Part shown: positions 27,974-41,042 of the stretch, piece by piece
Numbering within the stretch: the stretch's first letter is position 1
How the letters are laid out: every line of letters begins with the position of its first letter
Assembly: GCA_964016885.1 (NCBI GenBank)
Contig: OZ024741.1
Location: 376,712,001-376,776,000, forward strand
DNA length: 64,000 bases
From: Eledone cirrhosa
Taxonomy: Eukaryota
Direction of reading: 5' to 3'
Notes under the pieces: model-generated
What the model was told of the DNA's origin: nothing
Database searches by the model: none
What the model saw: the letters and a program-made list of their open reading frames with translations, nothing else
Position numbers and translations under genes: made by a program

Positions 27974-29171
27974 TGTATACTATATTGTTATTTTATTTTT
28001 ATTGTTATTTTATTTTATATTGTATTTTTTATTATATATTTTATATTTATTTTTTACGGTTTTGTGTATATATGTATATGTGGAAGCATGTGTGTGTAAG
28101 CAATTATGCCTATGTGCATGTGGCCGTCCGTGTGCGATTGTATATATATATATGCATGTATATATGTGTGTATGTATATATGTATGTATATATGTGGGTG
28201 TGCGTATACATGTAGAGTTTTATATATATGTGTGTGTATGTATGTGTGTATGTAGTTACGTGTATCTTGTATGTATGTGTGTATATATATATATATATGT
28301 ATGTGCGTATATACATGTGTATGTGTATATATGTGTGCGTATACATATATGTATATGTGTATGCGTATACGTGTGTATATGTGTGTGTTTCTATGTACAC
28401 GCACATATATATATATATATGGTGTGTGTATCTGTCGGTGGGTGTGTGTGTTTGTGGGTGCGTACGTACACCCACATAGGACAGGGTTTGTCTATGTGTT
28501 TATATGCGGGTACATGTACCTGTGTGTATATATATGTACAGGTGTGTGTATGTATGTGTATGTGTGATTATGTCTTTGGAAGTGTGTCTGTCCTTGATGC
28601 CTATCCATAAGGATATGCGTATATGTGCGTGTGTATCCATGTATGTGTCCGAGAGTGTTTGTGTATATATGTGCTGATGTGCCCGAACGCCTATATGTGT
28701 CTCTGCGGACGTGTGTGTCTGCGCGTGTGTGCGCGTATACGTGCGTGTGAGACCGGATGTATGGCGCTGTTGGTATGTGGATATGGGTGTGCCTGGGTTT
28801 ATGGAAGAGAGGGAGAGTGTGTGCGTGTGTATATGTGCATCGATGTATGTGTGTCTACATATGTGTGCGTGCGTATGTGTATGCATGCATGCGTGTGTGC
28901 CTGCGCGTGTGTGTGTATATATGAATGTGTATATGTGCGTACATACTATGGAGTGTGAACAGACGTGTGGGATACCAAACTCAGCATGGCTCCATTGAAG
29001 TATGTCGGATGGAAAATGGCTGTTGACCAGTGTAGCAGTAAATAGTGACCAGAACTTATGATGACGTAGAATAACAACATCCAATGGCATGACAAGAGTG
29101 GAAGAGGTTTTTTTAAGGTGTTTTTTGAAGATAACACCCCAGTGAGAAAATTTGCTCCGAAGGTATTGCCT

Positions 29172-29260
29172 GTGTCCGAAGGAACCTGCAGCCGTAGAAT
29201 CAGCCAGATCCATACAGTGATCATGTCTCGACCTACCTGCCGGCGAAACAATTGTAACAC
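29172..29260 (+). ncRNA. Possible variant hammerhead at the outer end of the fold-back arm (mirror ~23424-23522 on minus)
   Basis: GTGT-CCGAAGGA...GCCG...CGGC-GAAAC AATT GTA-ACAC, then AATAAA; 5' core non-canonical. Confidence 0.35.
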
Positions 29261-29305
29261 GCAATAAACTGCGTCCAGATGCATCTCTGATTTTTCGTTT
29301 TTTTA

Positions 29306-29363
<58 letters not shown>

Positions 29364-29368
<5 letters not shown>

Positions 29369-29540
29369 CGAAGGAACGGAGTCAAAACTCGCGTTAGTCC
29401 CTGTAATTTATGCGCTCAAATGATAAAGAATCCCGGGATCATCAAATATAATAAGAGAAAAACACACACTAGAGAGAATGTGTGTTTATCAAGTTCATAA
29501 ACACACACTCTCTAGCGTGTTTTCTTCTCTACATATTATA
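29364..29540. mobile_element. Short TA-flanked fold-back insert
   Basis: Hairpin 29454-29530 (AGAGAAAAACAC..CTAGAGAG..TGTGTTTAT / ATAAACACA..CTCTCTAG..GTGTTTTC..TCTCT); very degenerate HHR-like TGATGA-TCCC..GGGA on minus strand. Confidence 0.5.
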
Positions 29541-29541
29541 T

Positions 29542-29573
<32 letters not shown>

Positions 29574-32500
29574 GTGTATGTGTGTGTGTATGTGTGTGCG
29601 TGTGTACATATATATATTTAATATCCACTCACCAAATAAGAGCCAGATACAGTAATACGCTCTTCGATTCTTTGAAGTCACATGTTAAAATTTCATTCAA
29701 CAACACCAGCGCGTTCTCTCTTTCTCTCTCTTCCATTTTCCTTTTCTGTCTCCTTCGCACTCTCTATGTCTCTCTTTCCATCTACTCTCTCACATGCTCA
29801 ATCTCCTTCTCTCTCTCCGGAAAACGCCCGTATCTCGGTAACTCATGCGCCGATTTATGCGAAACTCGTATTCTATTTGTAGTCCCAATTCTTGTTCAAC
29901 TTCCTTTCAAAGTATCTTCCTATTATGCGCAGTTTTGGCTGGATGAAATGACAGACAAGCACACTGACATCATTATAGAAGTATATAAATATATACTGTT
30001 ACTGGTTTCGATGTAATCAATCTGATCAAATAATAAATATTATGATAATGTTTACGAATCAAGAATTAAAAATTAAATGTTGTTGAATGTCTGTTCTTAT
30101 TTCGTGTTGAGAAGAAGATTGAGTCACTTTAGAAAAAATACTTTAAATATATATACCAACTATGTAGTTAGTAGTAGTAATGGTGTCGATAATTGTTTTC
30201 TATCTCACTCTCTCTCTATCTCTCTTGCTATATATATATTTGTGTGTGTGTGTGTATGGGTGTGTGTGTGTGGGTGGGGGTGGAGGTGGGGGGATGCATG
30301 TGTATGTGTGTGTGTGTGTGCGTGTGTGTATGGGTGTGTGTGTGTGTGTGCGCGTGTGTGTGTGTGCGTGTAGTAAGGTGTGAAGAGCTTGTCGACATCA
30401 ACATATTTTTCACCATGAGACATTATTTTTCAAAGCTAAAATGGGGATTAAATGAGAAATCAATGTAAAGTACGTTGCATATCTTCACCAGGGAGAACTA
30501 CGTCAATGGCGAAGCCTACCTCATTCAAGATGTCATTATAGACACTGGAACTCAGTGTGCTATTGTGTTTATTAGTATCACCTCACTATGATAGGCTCTG
30601 TCTCTTTTTTTTATAAGTTGGGTTTTTTTTCTAGTTAGTATCAACTAACTTTGCTTAACTTTCTACGAGTGGTGAAGAACGAATTTACAAAAGCTAACTC
30701 AATGTGATAAGATACTTTGATGTTAACAATATTGTACTTTTATATTTGAAGGGAATTCTAGACTGTGGGGGAACTCCGAATAACTATCGCAGTAACACAC
30801 ACACGCAGGAATACACACACACACACACGCACGCCCACACACACAGAGATGTATCTTTAATGACACACAAAGAAGCAAACATGCAGCGTTTCTCTTCGTG
30901 AAAATTTTAGAAGTATAAATTCGCGTTGGTTTGTTTTGGAATTACAAAGAGAGAACGCACTCTCTTATTCTGCTAATAGTTACTAAATCCCCCCCCCCAC
31001 TCCTCCCTCACTTTCATGATCACTGCTACAAGAGCATAGAAACGCCCCCCACAAACGCTCGTATCTTTACAGAAGCACACATCCATGCATACAAATGCGT
31101 TTCTCACCCCCTATCCCCTCTATCTTTGTGCGAGCTCTCTTTCAATTTCTTCTACTCAGCCACAAACTTGTTCTCTCTCCGTGTCTCTCGTCCTGTGTTT
31201 TTTCTCTCTCTCTCACACACATCTCACTATACCTTTCAATTACTTTCTTTCTCTGTCTTCCCCTTTTCGTCACTCATTCGCATTGTGAAATAGACATACA
31301 CATACACAGATATCTGCAAATATTTTATAGACTAGCAGAAAAACCACCCTTGGGGTGGTTTTCAGCTAGCAAGTGTAGTGTACATATTGATATTATACGC
31401 AAATATATATGCATGTAGATATGATACACCAAATAAAATCGTAATTGACAATATGCACAGAAATTGAACGAAGTCTATGTTACACTCTCTTCTGCAATCA
31501 GTAAAGTAATCCATGACCCATTTTAAAAAGACGATATTATATATAAACTGCATTAGGAGAAAATTAGCGACGGAAATAAATGCGATGTTTTTTGTAAGTG
31601 TAATAATATAACCGGAAGTGTTGACATTTGAAAATTTTAAAGAAGTGAATCATTAAATAAACAATAAAAGAGTTACGAAATTTAGTACATAAATTATGTA
31701 ATATTCATTCATTATTTATTCAAAATAATCCAACTTATTTTACAAACGGGGTAAAAAAATATATTCTGGAAACACTCCCACACTACTTTCTTTATTATAG
31801 TTAAGATTAATGTATAAATGACTGAGTATTTAAGAGAAATATGAACACAACGCAATTTTTAAGCCAAACTAGTGAACGGAGATATAGAGAGAAGTGTTCA
31901 CTCAAGGCCTTCGCAAGATCTGCATTATTTGTTGTACTGTGAGACGGAAAACAGCATTTACAATAGAAATAAAATCCACATAAGTGCCCAAAACAAAATT
32001 TTAAAATGTGTTAAAAAATTAAAAGAGACAATTTCTCCCGCCATAATATGTGTGTATGTATGTACCTATATATGTTTGTCTATGTATATAAACAAACTCC
32101 ATCGTCTTCGTTGGGAGAATGAGTGTACATATAACATTACACATTCTTATATATACACAAACATATTGAATATATTATTTACATATAAATTATTATCGTT
32201 GTTATTATATATATTATTTACATGCGAATCGTTATTAGGACAAGTAAAAACTTGCATTGAATTTTTTTTTTTAATTGCACTTGTCGAATTAAATGCACCT
32301 ACGCTACCTACTGGGAAGTAAACCTAGAGACAGACGGACGCAAAATCTATTTATTTTATTAAAGATTTCCAAGAACTACTTGTCTCAAGACTTCCATTGA
32401 AGCAATATTTCATTGTACGGTAAACACACAAGGGCTTTGGTATTTATATTTTTTTGTCATTGATATTTGCTAATCTAATTGTGGCACATCATTCATATTG

Positions 32501-33276
32501 TCAACAACTATTTATCACTTAAAAATACATTTGTATATTACTATATATACGTATTGTTTTTATTTTCATTTTCATATTAGGATTTTCTATAATTGTTTAA
32601 ATGTGTTTTTTCAGTTTAGGATTTGTAAATATGTTGGTATGTCCACTTGGGGAATCAGATCTTGTAGTTTTGATTGGAATCCCATTAAGTTAAATCATCT
32701 AGAAATCCTACCTGATATCATCAAGAATTATCACCTTTGAATATCATTGTCTACTGAAAGGTATAATATAGTCAGCTATTCATAACTATGTATAATATAT
32801 TATTCTGAAGTTTATACACCTGCATTCCCCTCTTCTAACCTGGAATATGGAAGGCAATTTCATTACACATCACAAAAGTAATTGTAGAGTTATATCTCAA
32901 GTATATATACACCTACGATGCTGGAATTAATATGTTTCAACATATCCCCTCTATCTACAAAATTGTGATTAAATATATACATATATTAGATTGTTGCCAC
33001 GTAATATATACCACGAGGAGGTAATACTGTGTTGATTCTACAGCAATTCAAAGACTGTTGTTATTTTTAGATTATATATAAATAACAAGTTCTCTCCGTA
33101 TACCACTTGTCGATTCATACGTGACACACTCGTTAGGCCTGCACATTCCTTATGATGTGCTGTTCATGGAGCGAGGTTATTTAATTCTACGGTGGCCTGA
33201 CAACACACACGCATATATGAGTGTATGTGTGTCTGTCTGTGTGTATTTATATATAGACTGTAGGCTCATACTGACC

Positions 33277-33380
33277 TGTTCCGAAGAGGCTAATTCATCC
33301 CTGATAGAGCTGCTCTGCGGATCAGCTTACTTTGCGAACCGAGCGATTTTACGGACGGCTTTTCCGAAAATTAATAAACA
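33277..33380 (+). ncRNA. Possible hammerhead with CCGAAGA core and large stem II insertion
   Basis: TGTT-CCGAAGA-GG...CC-GAAA ATTAAT A-AACA; stem III register is imperfect. Confidence 0.4.
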
Positions 33381-33886
33381 ATAATTTGTTTCCGCTCTGA
33401 ACATGGAGGATGCCTAAATATATTTGTGAGTGAATAATAATAATATTATAATAATATCATAATATTATTAATATTCGGTTTGATTACAAGTAAAAGCCTC
33501 AAAAACACCGACGTCACCCGTTTGTTCCAGCGGTAGCCAAGAAAAATCAATCTACAATTGTTACGGAGCTTTTGATCCTTATCGAGATATTCTAGTCGCT
33601 ACTGCGTAATGGAAGCGCTGAGAATACATTAGTATTCTCAAATTTATAATAGTAAAAGGATTATTCACCTCGAAGCGGAGCAAAATGTCCGAAATGAATA
33701 CATTTAGTTATCTACCATGCACCATGTCAAGATTGAAAATAATTTTTTGTTATGAATGTTTACTTTAAACACAAAAAAGCTTTCACTATCAGAGACATAT
33801 CTTAAATAGTTTCTTTTTTACTTTTGCTTACCTATATGTGGTACATCATTCATATTGTCAATAACTATTTATCACTTACAAATATA

Positions 33887-33917
<31 letters not shown>

Positions 33918-33926
33918 GCACACAAT

Positions 33927-34097
<171 letters not shown>

Positions 34098-34434
34098 TAT
34101 ATATATGTGGAAGCTTAGTAAAATCGAAGCTTTGGCTGTGGGCAAGCAAAGTCGACCTACAATATGAATGAGTTGGCAAAGCACTCAATGAGGGTAGGTC
34201 CTTAGCGTAACAACATACGTTTAAATAGCTTGATAAATTGAACATTGTGGTAGGCAAAACCTAACACACAATACCAGAGCAATGAAAAAAGTAACAGGTT
34301 AAAAAAGATACACCTGGACAAATTAAACGATATACGTTTAAAGTGTTTCTCTGAATCCGAAATCATATATCCGACTTACGTAACAGGCACGCTCGTGGCA
34401 TTCCATGACGAACAGAGGATTGATTTCATCAAGA

Positions 34435-34469
<35 letters not shown>

Positions 34470-34473
<4 letters not shown>

Positions 34474-35506
34474 AAGATTGAAGAATAACATGTTCGGTTG
34501 TACAAAAAAGGTTTTATTTCAAGTATTAACAATTGTTTCATTGATCAGGTGAGTCTAAAGGCTTCTAATCACTCGAGGTTGCGTCACTCCACCGTAAATA
34601 CATATATAGTTGTAATATATATAGCGCATAAGTAATTTAATAACCTCCAAGGAGGAATTTATAGAGACGGCACACCCCTTTTAGCTAAAAACTTAAATAA
34701 TGAAAACATGGAAAGATTACGGAAAAAACATCAGTCTTCTTCAACACACTAGGCGTAGGTATGACTTTCGAACTTAACTCTAAAAAAGCAAATTTCTTAG
34801 ATGTAACACTCAACCTAAACACAGGATTAATAGAAACCTTCCATAAAAATAACTAGAATCTAGCCTACATTAGTTATAACTCAAACCACCCTCGCTATCA
34901 TAAATAACTCCATAGCACATAGTATATCCCTCAGAATATCCCGCCTATCATCTAACCTAGTGACTTTTAACGAACACGCACACTATTATAACATAGCTTT
35001 ATACAAGGCAGGCCACAAGGAGGGGCTCAAATACATACCAGATAGAGACAGCAACAACAAACCTAACGACAACTACACTACGCACACATATAGAAATAAC
35101 AAACATAGAACTAAACATAGAAATAGACAACAAGCACCAGAAATAACTGAGCCGAATACTAATATAGGGACCCCTAGGAAATATAGAAAATCCAGAGATA
35201 GGAAATACTTATGGCTCAATCCAATATTCAACTCCTCTATAAAAACCAAATTACCTTCTACATTCTTTAAGATAATTGACAAAGACTTCCTTAAACTACA
35301 CAAATGCCTTAGAATCTTTAACAGAAAAACTATCAAATTCTCTTACTCTACTGCAGCCAACATACACTCACACATACATAAAATCAACTATGAAAGAATC
35401 TCTAAAGAAAATAACCTACCAACATACACCATAGCACCAAATAAAAAACGCCGGCCAGAAATACCCGTCGAAAGAGCTTGAGCTCTGCCGTCGGGGTTAA
35501 CATTTT

Positions 35507-35508
<2 letters not shown>
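34470..35508 (+). mobile_element. Naiad-like PLE fragment (RT C-terminal half and linker), TA-flanked
   Basis: GGIYRDG (YRDD box), NFLDVTLNLNTG, SNHP, YLWLNPIFNSSIKTKLPSTFFKIIDKDF...IFNRKTIKFSYS. Inverted HHR 3' half (GAAACAATTGTT) near 34520; right end matches hairpin family H. Confidence 0.85.
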
Positions 35509-35555
<47 letters not shown>

Positions 35556-35558
<3 letters not shown>

Positions 35559-36142
35559 TTCAAGAGTAACCAATCTTAAAGAGAGAGATGGAGATAGGAG
35601 TGGAGATAGGAGAGGAGAGATTGGTGAATTAGTTAGAAGCCAAAGCGTAAAGGCATGTGCTCAATGTGCAATATGCAGTGGAAGGCAGCTAGGTGGCTGG
35701 GTTCATGGAGAGGTTAGGTGCACAGAGCTGGAAATATTCATTAGTTAAGCAAAACATGACCACAGATTTCACAAGGAAGACATTATTAAAAGATTGTCAA
35801 CATATTTTAGTTTGATGTAAGGAATGTAGAGAATAATAATAATAATATTAATAATAATAATGTCCGTTTACAATTGTTTCGCTACTCAATATAATATTTC
35901 TAGATCAAATGATTATATATCATTATTGATCTGGTTCAGTTGAAAATAATTAACATAGGTAGAAATAGAGCAGCTCATCAGAACTTCTAAAGGAATATAA
36001 ATTAAAATAAGGAAAGAATGTTAGATAAATGTAATGTTCCATATGTTGGTTCCATATGTTCCTTACATCAAACTAAAATATGTTGACAATCTTTTAATAA
36101 TGTCTTCCTTGTGAAATCTGTGGTCTTCTTTTACTTAACTAA

Positions 36143-36149
<7 letters not shown>
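35556..36149 (-). mobile_element. Non-coding TA-flanked element with a ~90-bp inverted repeat (35734-35824 / 36059-36149) enclosing an HHR
   Basis: Arms are near-identical reverse complements; one-sided extension 35556-35733. Confidence 0.8.
35866..35985 (-). ncRNA. Type I hammerhead with ~80-nt stem II insertion
   Basis: GTT-CTGATGA-GCTGCTC...GAGTAGC-GAAAC AATT GTA-AAC; canonical core, GUA triplet. Confidence 0.7.
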
Positions 36150-36222
<73 letters not shown>

Positions 36223-36225
<3 letters not shown>

Positions 36226-38400
36226 TCATCATCATCATCGTCTTCGTTTAACGTCCATGTTCCACGCTAGCATGGGTTAGACGGGAGTTATCCCACTTGA
36301 TGCAAGGCTGGTCGGGCGACCGTGTCTCGCTCATATAGGACTATCTGGCAGGTTTTCTACGGCCGGATGCCCTTCCTAACACCAACCACATTTACCGTGT
36401 GGAACTGGGAACTTTTTACCGTGTTACCTACACGGTCAGATTAGAGGGTGGACTGTGTGTGTTTTTTTGTCGTGACACCTACACGATATCGACCTCATTT
36501 TCTCGTGCTGTTGGTGGGAGTGGGAGGATAGGGTAGGGGTAGTCGATTGGGGTGTATATTTGGTTAAGAGGTGCCTACTGACTGTAGGTTTCGCTTTGTA
36601 CATAGGCAAGGCGGGTCTTCTGTACTACTGGGTAGCGCCAAAGATCTCGGTCCAGAAACATTGTCTTAGCGAGATGTGTGTGAGGTCGGACTTTATCAGA
36701 TCATCCCAGGTTTTTCTGGGTCTACCTACTCCGTAACTACCATCAATTTTGATCGCCCTGCACTTTCTTATGCAGCTGTCGTCTTTCATGCGCATCACGT
36801 GACCATACCAACGTAGTCTTCTCTCAAGTAAACAGCATCTGATCCTTCTTATTCCTAATTTCTCACTTAGTTCATTTATGCTTTGCCGTTCACGTATATT
36901 ACTATTACACATCCAACGGAGTATGCATGCTTCCTTCCTTTCCAGTCTACGTAGGTCCTCTGCACATAATGCCCATGTCTCACTGCCATGTAGTATTGCT
37001 GTTCGTATACAGGCAACATACAATCTGCTTTTCATTTTTAGAGAGAAACCTTTTGTGGCCAACAGAGGGTATAAGCTCTCTGAACTTTTTCCATCCCGTT
37101 CTGACTCTGGCTACTGTACTTTCAGAACACCCTCCACCACTGCTGATTTCGTCACCCAGGTAACGGAAAGTGTCTACTATTTCTATAGTACAATCTGGGC
37201 AATAGAAGGAGCTATTATCCTTTGGACACTTGCTACTTATTGCACCTGAGCATTGGCCACATATAAATTCTACGTTCTTAGATAGTTTACCTGTGATCCC
37301 ACTATCTTTTATGTACCCATACTTTGCATTTGGGACATAAAATGGAATTTCTGCCTACACCTTTCCTACATACTGAGCATGGTCATTTCCCTGAGGGCAC
37401 CTTGCCTTATTTTCCTTTCTACAAACTAGAACTTTAGTCTTAGACAAGTTAACTATAAGGCCTTTTGATTCTAGGCCATGCTTCCATATTTCGAATTTCT
37501 TCGCTAGTTCAGTCATTGATTCAACTATGAGCGTATAGGAGTTCCCATGGGCAGCCGGTCTTGAACTCCTCTGTTATAGCCTGAAGGGCAATAATAAATA
37601 AGAGGGGTCTAAGGACAGAGCCTTCATGAACGCCAACTTTTACACTAAATTCTTCACAATATTCATTGTTAATTCTAATCTTACTGACTGTTTCATTATA
37701 CATAGCTTGTATAGCTGTCACAAGCCATTCCTCTACACCTTTTTCTAAGAGCCCACCAGATAATGGAGCGGGGGACTCTGTCAAAAGCTTTCTCCAGGTC
37801 TACAAAAGCTAAGTAGAGGGGTTTACTTTTAGCTAGGTACTTCTCTTGTAGTTGTCGTACAAGGAAAAGAGCGTCTGTGTTACTTTTACCTGACACAAAC
37901 CCAAACTGCATTCATCTAGTTCAATTCGCTCTCTGATTAATTGCGCTATAACTCTTTCTGTGACCTTCATGACCTGGTCAACTAACTTAATGCCTCTATA
38001 GTTTCCCCTATCTAGAGCATCCCCTTTACCCTCGTAGCAGTTAATAATGATGCTGCTACGCCAGTCTTTCGGGATGACCCCATTCTGTATTACTTGGTTA
38101 ACTATACGGGTGACCATAGGGTGTCCCACCATACCAGATGCCTGCAACATCTCAGCAACTATCTCCGAAGGCCCAGGTGCTTTGCCTGTCTTCATATCTT
38201 TGATTGCCTTACTTATTATACCAACTTTAACTTGCATCGCTGGTCCGTCTATTGGGTCGATTTGGGGCAGACTATCTTTTACCCATTTATTCTCCTCATA
38301 TAATAGTCTCTCGTAGCGACACTTCCAGGCTATCTTCTTATCAGTATCAGTGAGCGCACGTACACCATTATCATTACGGACACACTTCTCCCCGACAATA
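36223..38400 (-). mobile_element. 5'-truncated degenerate RTE-clade LINE
   Basis: GKAPGPSEI, NYRGIKL, QFGF, AFVDLEKAFDRVPR, GVHEGSVL, ELLYAHS (decayed YADD), LHGSETW, RRLRWYGHVMR, GRPRKTW; (GAT)n 3' tail at 36223-36240; Cys-rich PHD-like stretch ~37240-37400. Confidence 0.92.
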
Positions 38401-38401
38401 T

Positions 38402-38500
<99 letters not shown>

Positions 38501-38623
38501 GGAGGTGAGTTTTATTGTAGTACAATAAAGCAATGCAGATATCGGATAAGTAGCACTCTACAGTTTGTAGGACTGGGGTATAAATCATATATAAGATCAA
38601 AAGATGGTTAAAAGATTTCCATG

Positions 38624-38694
38624 TATTTTATTATGCGCATTTCAAAAACAAATATCATCAGGCAATAACATTTACGTTTTCGTCAGATAAAATA
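38624..38694 (-). ncRNA. Type I hammerhead ribozyme
   Basis: TATTTTAT-CTGACGA-long stem II-GAAA TGCGCA TA-ATAAAATA; 8-bp perfect stem I, palindromic stem III. Confidence 0.85.
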
Positions 38695-39599
38695 GGGAGA
38701 CATGATATGAAGGTTAAAACACACTTGTGAATAGTGCAGTTTTAAATTAACAAATGAAAAGTAGTTTTAGATTGATGTGTGATATTGGGAAAAAAATTGA
38801 GGGTGGGGTGGGGTGTAAAGGAGGAAAAAGAGGGGGAGATGAGAGTAAAAAGTGGAGGAGGAGGAGTATAATGAGGAAGGATGAGATAGGAGGAGAGGTG
38901 GGTGATAGAGAGAGAGAGATAGCTTTTATAACTGAGAAAAATATATTGTTTTACATAGAGAGGTTGAAAAACCGTTGGAAGATAATATATAAATGGAAAG
39001 AATTTGAAAATTAACGAAGAGAACATTTTTAGAATAATGTTAAATTAAGGTTTGTATATTTAAGGGTTTAATAATATGTGCGATGAAAAGAAATTGTTAA
39101 TATGTATTAAGAATAATATTTAAGGGTTTAATAATATGTGCGATGGAAAGAAATTGTTGATATGTATTATTAAAAAATATAAAAATATAGCAATAGTAAT
39201 GTAATTAATGATATATTGTGAAAGAATTAGAAGAGTGGATAAATAAGTGTAATATGTATAAGTTAGATGGGCCTGAAAGGGAGAAAAAAAATCAATTGAG
39301 GATGAATAATCTAACGTCAAAAAATTGTTTATGTTTACGAAGGATTTTTCAAGGTGATATGAAGTAAGAATATATTGTGCTGAGTAATAATTGTTTCTAC
39401 GTTAGGCACAATGATAATTGAGAAGTATCAGGGAAGAAAAGGTACCGATTAGAGGAAGGGAAGTGATAAATAGGAGTAACTAGTATTATATAATGTATAA
39501 TAAATAACATTGAAATAAGGTAGAATGATGGGTATATTTTTAAAGAAATATATATGTATATATGTACCTTTGAGAAAAGGATTTTAAATTGATAAAGTA

Positions 39600-40097
39600 T
39601 TAGATATTAGCTGTATACTTTATGGAATGTTCTGTGGAATTTATGCAAGCAGAGAGAAAACAAGTCAGATATAATGGTAAATTTTTCACATAAACAGAGA
39701 TTGCATGTCTTGGATAGAGAACTATTCAAGTATGTAGAAACAGAACAAACCTTTTCCAACCGATGTTATAGTTAATATTTTTGTCTTTCAAGGACCATAT
39801 GAGTTCTGAGAGTGCCGTGTTGGTTCTTTTAAGTTGGTATTTAAAAGACGAATGATGATTATAAAGACGAGCTTTAAAGGAGGTGGAAGTGGAGCCAAAA
39901 TAGGTAAAGGAATTGGTGTCAGTTATAACTTTACATTCGAAGATTAAGTTTCTTTCAAGACATTGGTTGTTGAGAGGACATTTATTTTTAACAGGGCAAT
40001 TGCAATTGCGATTAGAGAGATTAACAGAGTTATTAACAAGTGACCTAGTGTTATCTATAGAAGGAATTGGTTTGTAGAAGTTATTTACGATCTCCAA
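39600..40097 (-). pseudogene. Cys-rich linker plus GIY-YIG endonuclease, Naiad-like PLE
   Basis: CNCPVKNKCPLNNQCLERNLIFECKV...YFGSTSTSFKARLYNHHSSF...TALSELIWSLK...IGWK, then after a frameshift CNLCLCEK. Confidence 0.9.
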
Positions 40098-40770
40098 TCC
40101 AATTTCTTTCTTTTTTCCTTTTTGAAAAAATCCTTCGTAAACATAAACATTTTTTTGACGTTAGATTATTCATCCTCAATTCATTATTTTTTCTCCCTTT
40201 CAGGCTCATCTAACTTATACATATTGCACTTATTCATCCACTATTAAACTTCTTTCACAATATATCCTTAATTACATTACTATTGCTATATTTTTATATT
40301 TTTTAATAATACATATCAACAATTTCTTTCCATCGCACATATTATTAAACCCTTAAATATTATTCTTAATACATATTAACAATTTCTTTTCATCGCACAT
40401 ATTATTAAACCCTTAAATATACAAACCTTAATTTAACATTATTCTAAAATTTTTCTCTTCGTTAATTCTCAAATTCTTTTAATTTATATATTATCTTCCA
40501 ACGGTTTTTCAACCTCTCTATGTAAAACAATATATTTTTCTCAGTTATAAAAGCTATCTCTCTCTCTCTCTATCACCCATCTCTCCTCCTATCTCATCCT
40601 TCCTCATTATACTCCTCCCCCTCCACTTTTTACTCTCACCCCCCCCGTTTCATCCTCCCCCCTCCTCAATTTTTTCCCAATATCACACATCAATCTAAAA
40701 CTACTTTTCATATGTTGATTTAAAACTGCACTATTCACAATTGTGTTTTAACCTTCATATCATGTCTCCC

Positions 40771-40844
40771 TATTTTATCTGACGAAAAGGCAAATGTTAT
40801 TGCATGATGATATTTGTTTTTGAAATGCGGCGCATAATAAAATA
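40771..40844 (+). ncRNA. Type I hammerhead ribozyme
   Basis: TATTTTAT-CTGACGA-AAAGGCAAATGTTATT..GATGATATTTGTTTTT-GAAA TGCGGCGCA TA-ATAAAATA. Confidence 0.85.
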
Positions 40845-40874
40845 CATGGAACTCTTTTAACCATCTTTTGATCT

Positions 40875-40908
<34 letters not shown>

Positions 40909-40909
40909 C

Positions 40910-40967
<58 letters not shown>

Positions 40968-41042
40968 ATATTATGGAATGAAATGTTATGAAAATATGGC
41001 AAGTACATTTAAATTTTTCTATCTAACTATATATATATATAT

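Larger units (their letters stand above)
38495..40880 (-). mobile_element. 5'-truncated Naiad-like PLE with ~760-bp inverted arms (38588-39352 / 40122-40880)
   Basis: Arms are reverse complements, each with an internal 60-bp tandem duplication and an HHR. Centre encodes GIY-YIG. ~90-bp one-sided extension; (TA)n flanks. Confidence 0.9.

Noticed and set aside
29610-32370. Helitron/Helentron-like non-autonomous ends (GACAGAC...TTAT..AGAT at ~29950 and ~32330)
   Set aside because: Only a loose resemblance; paired subterminal repeats and the hairpin could not be established.
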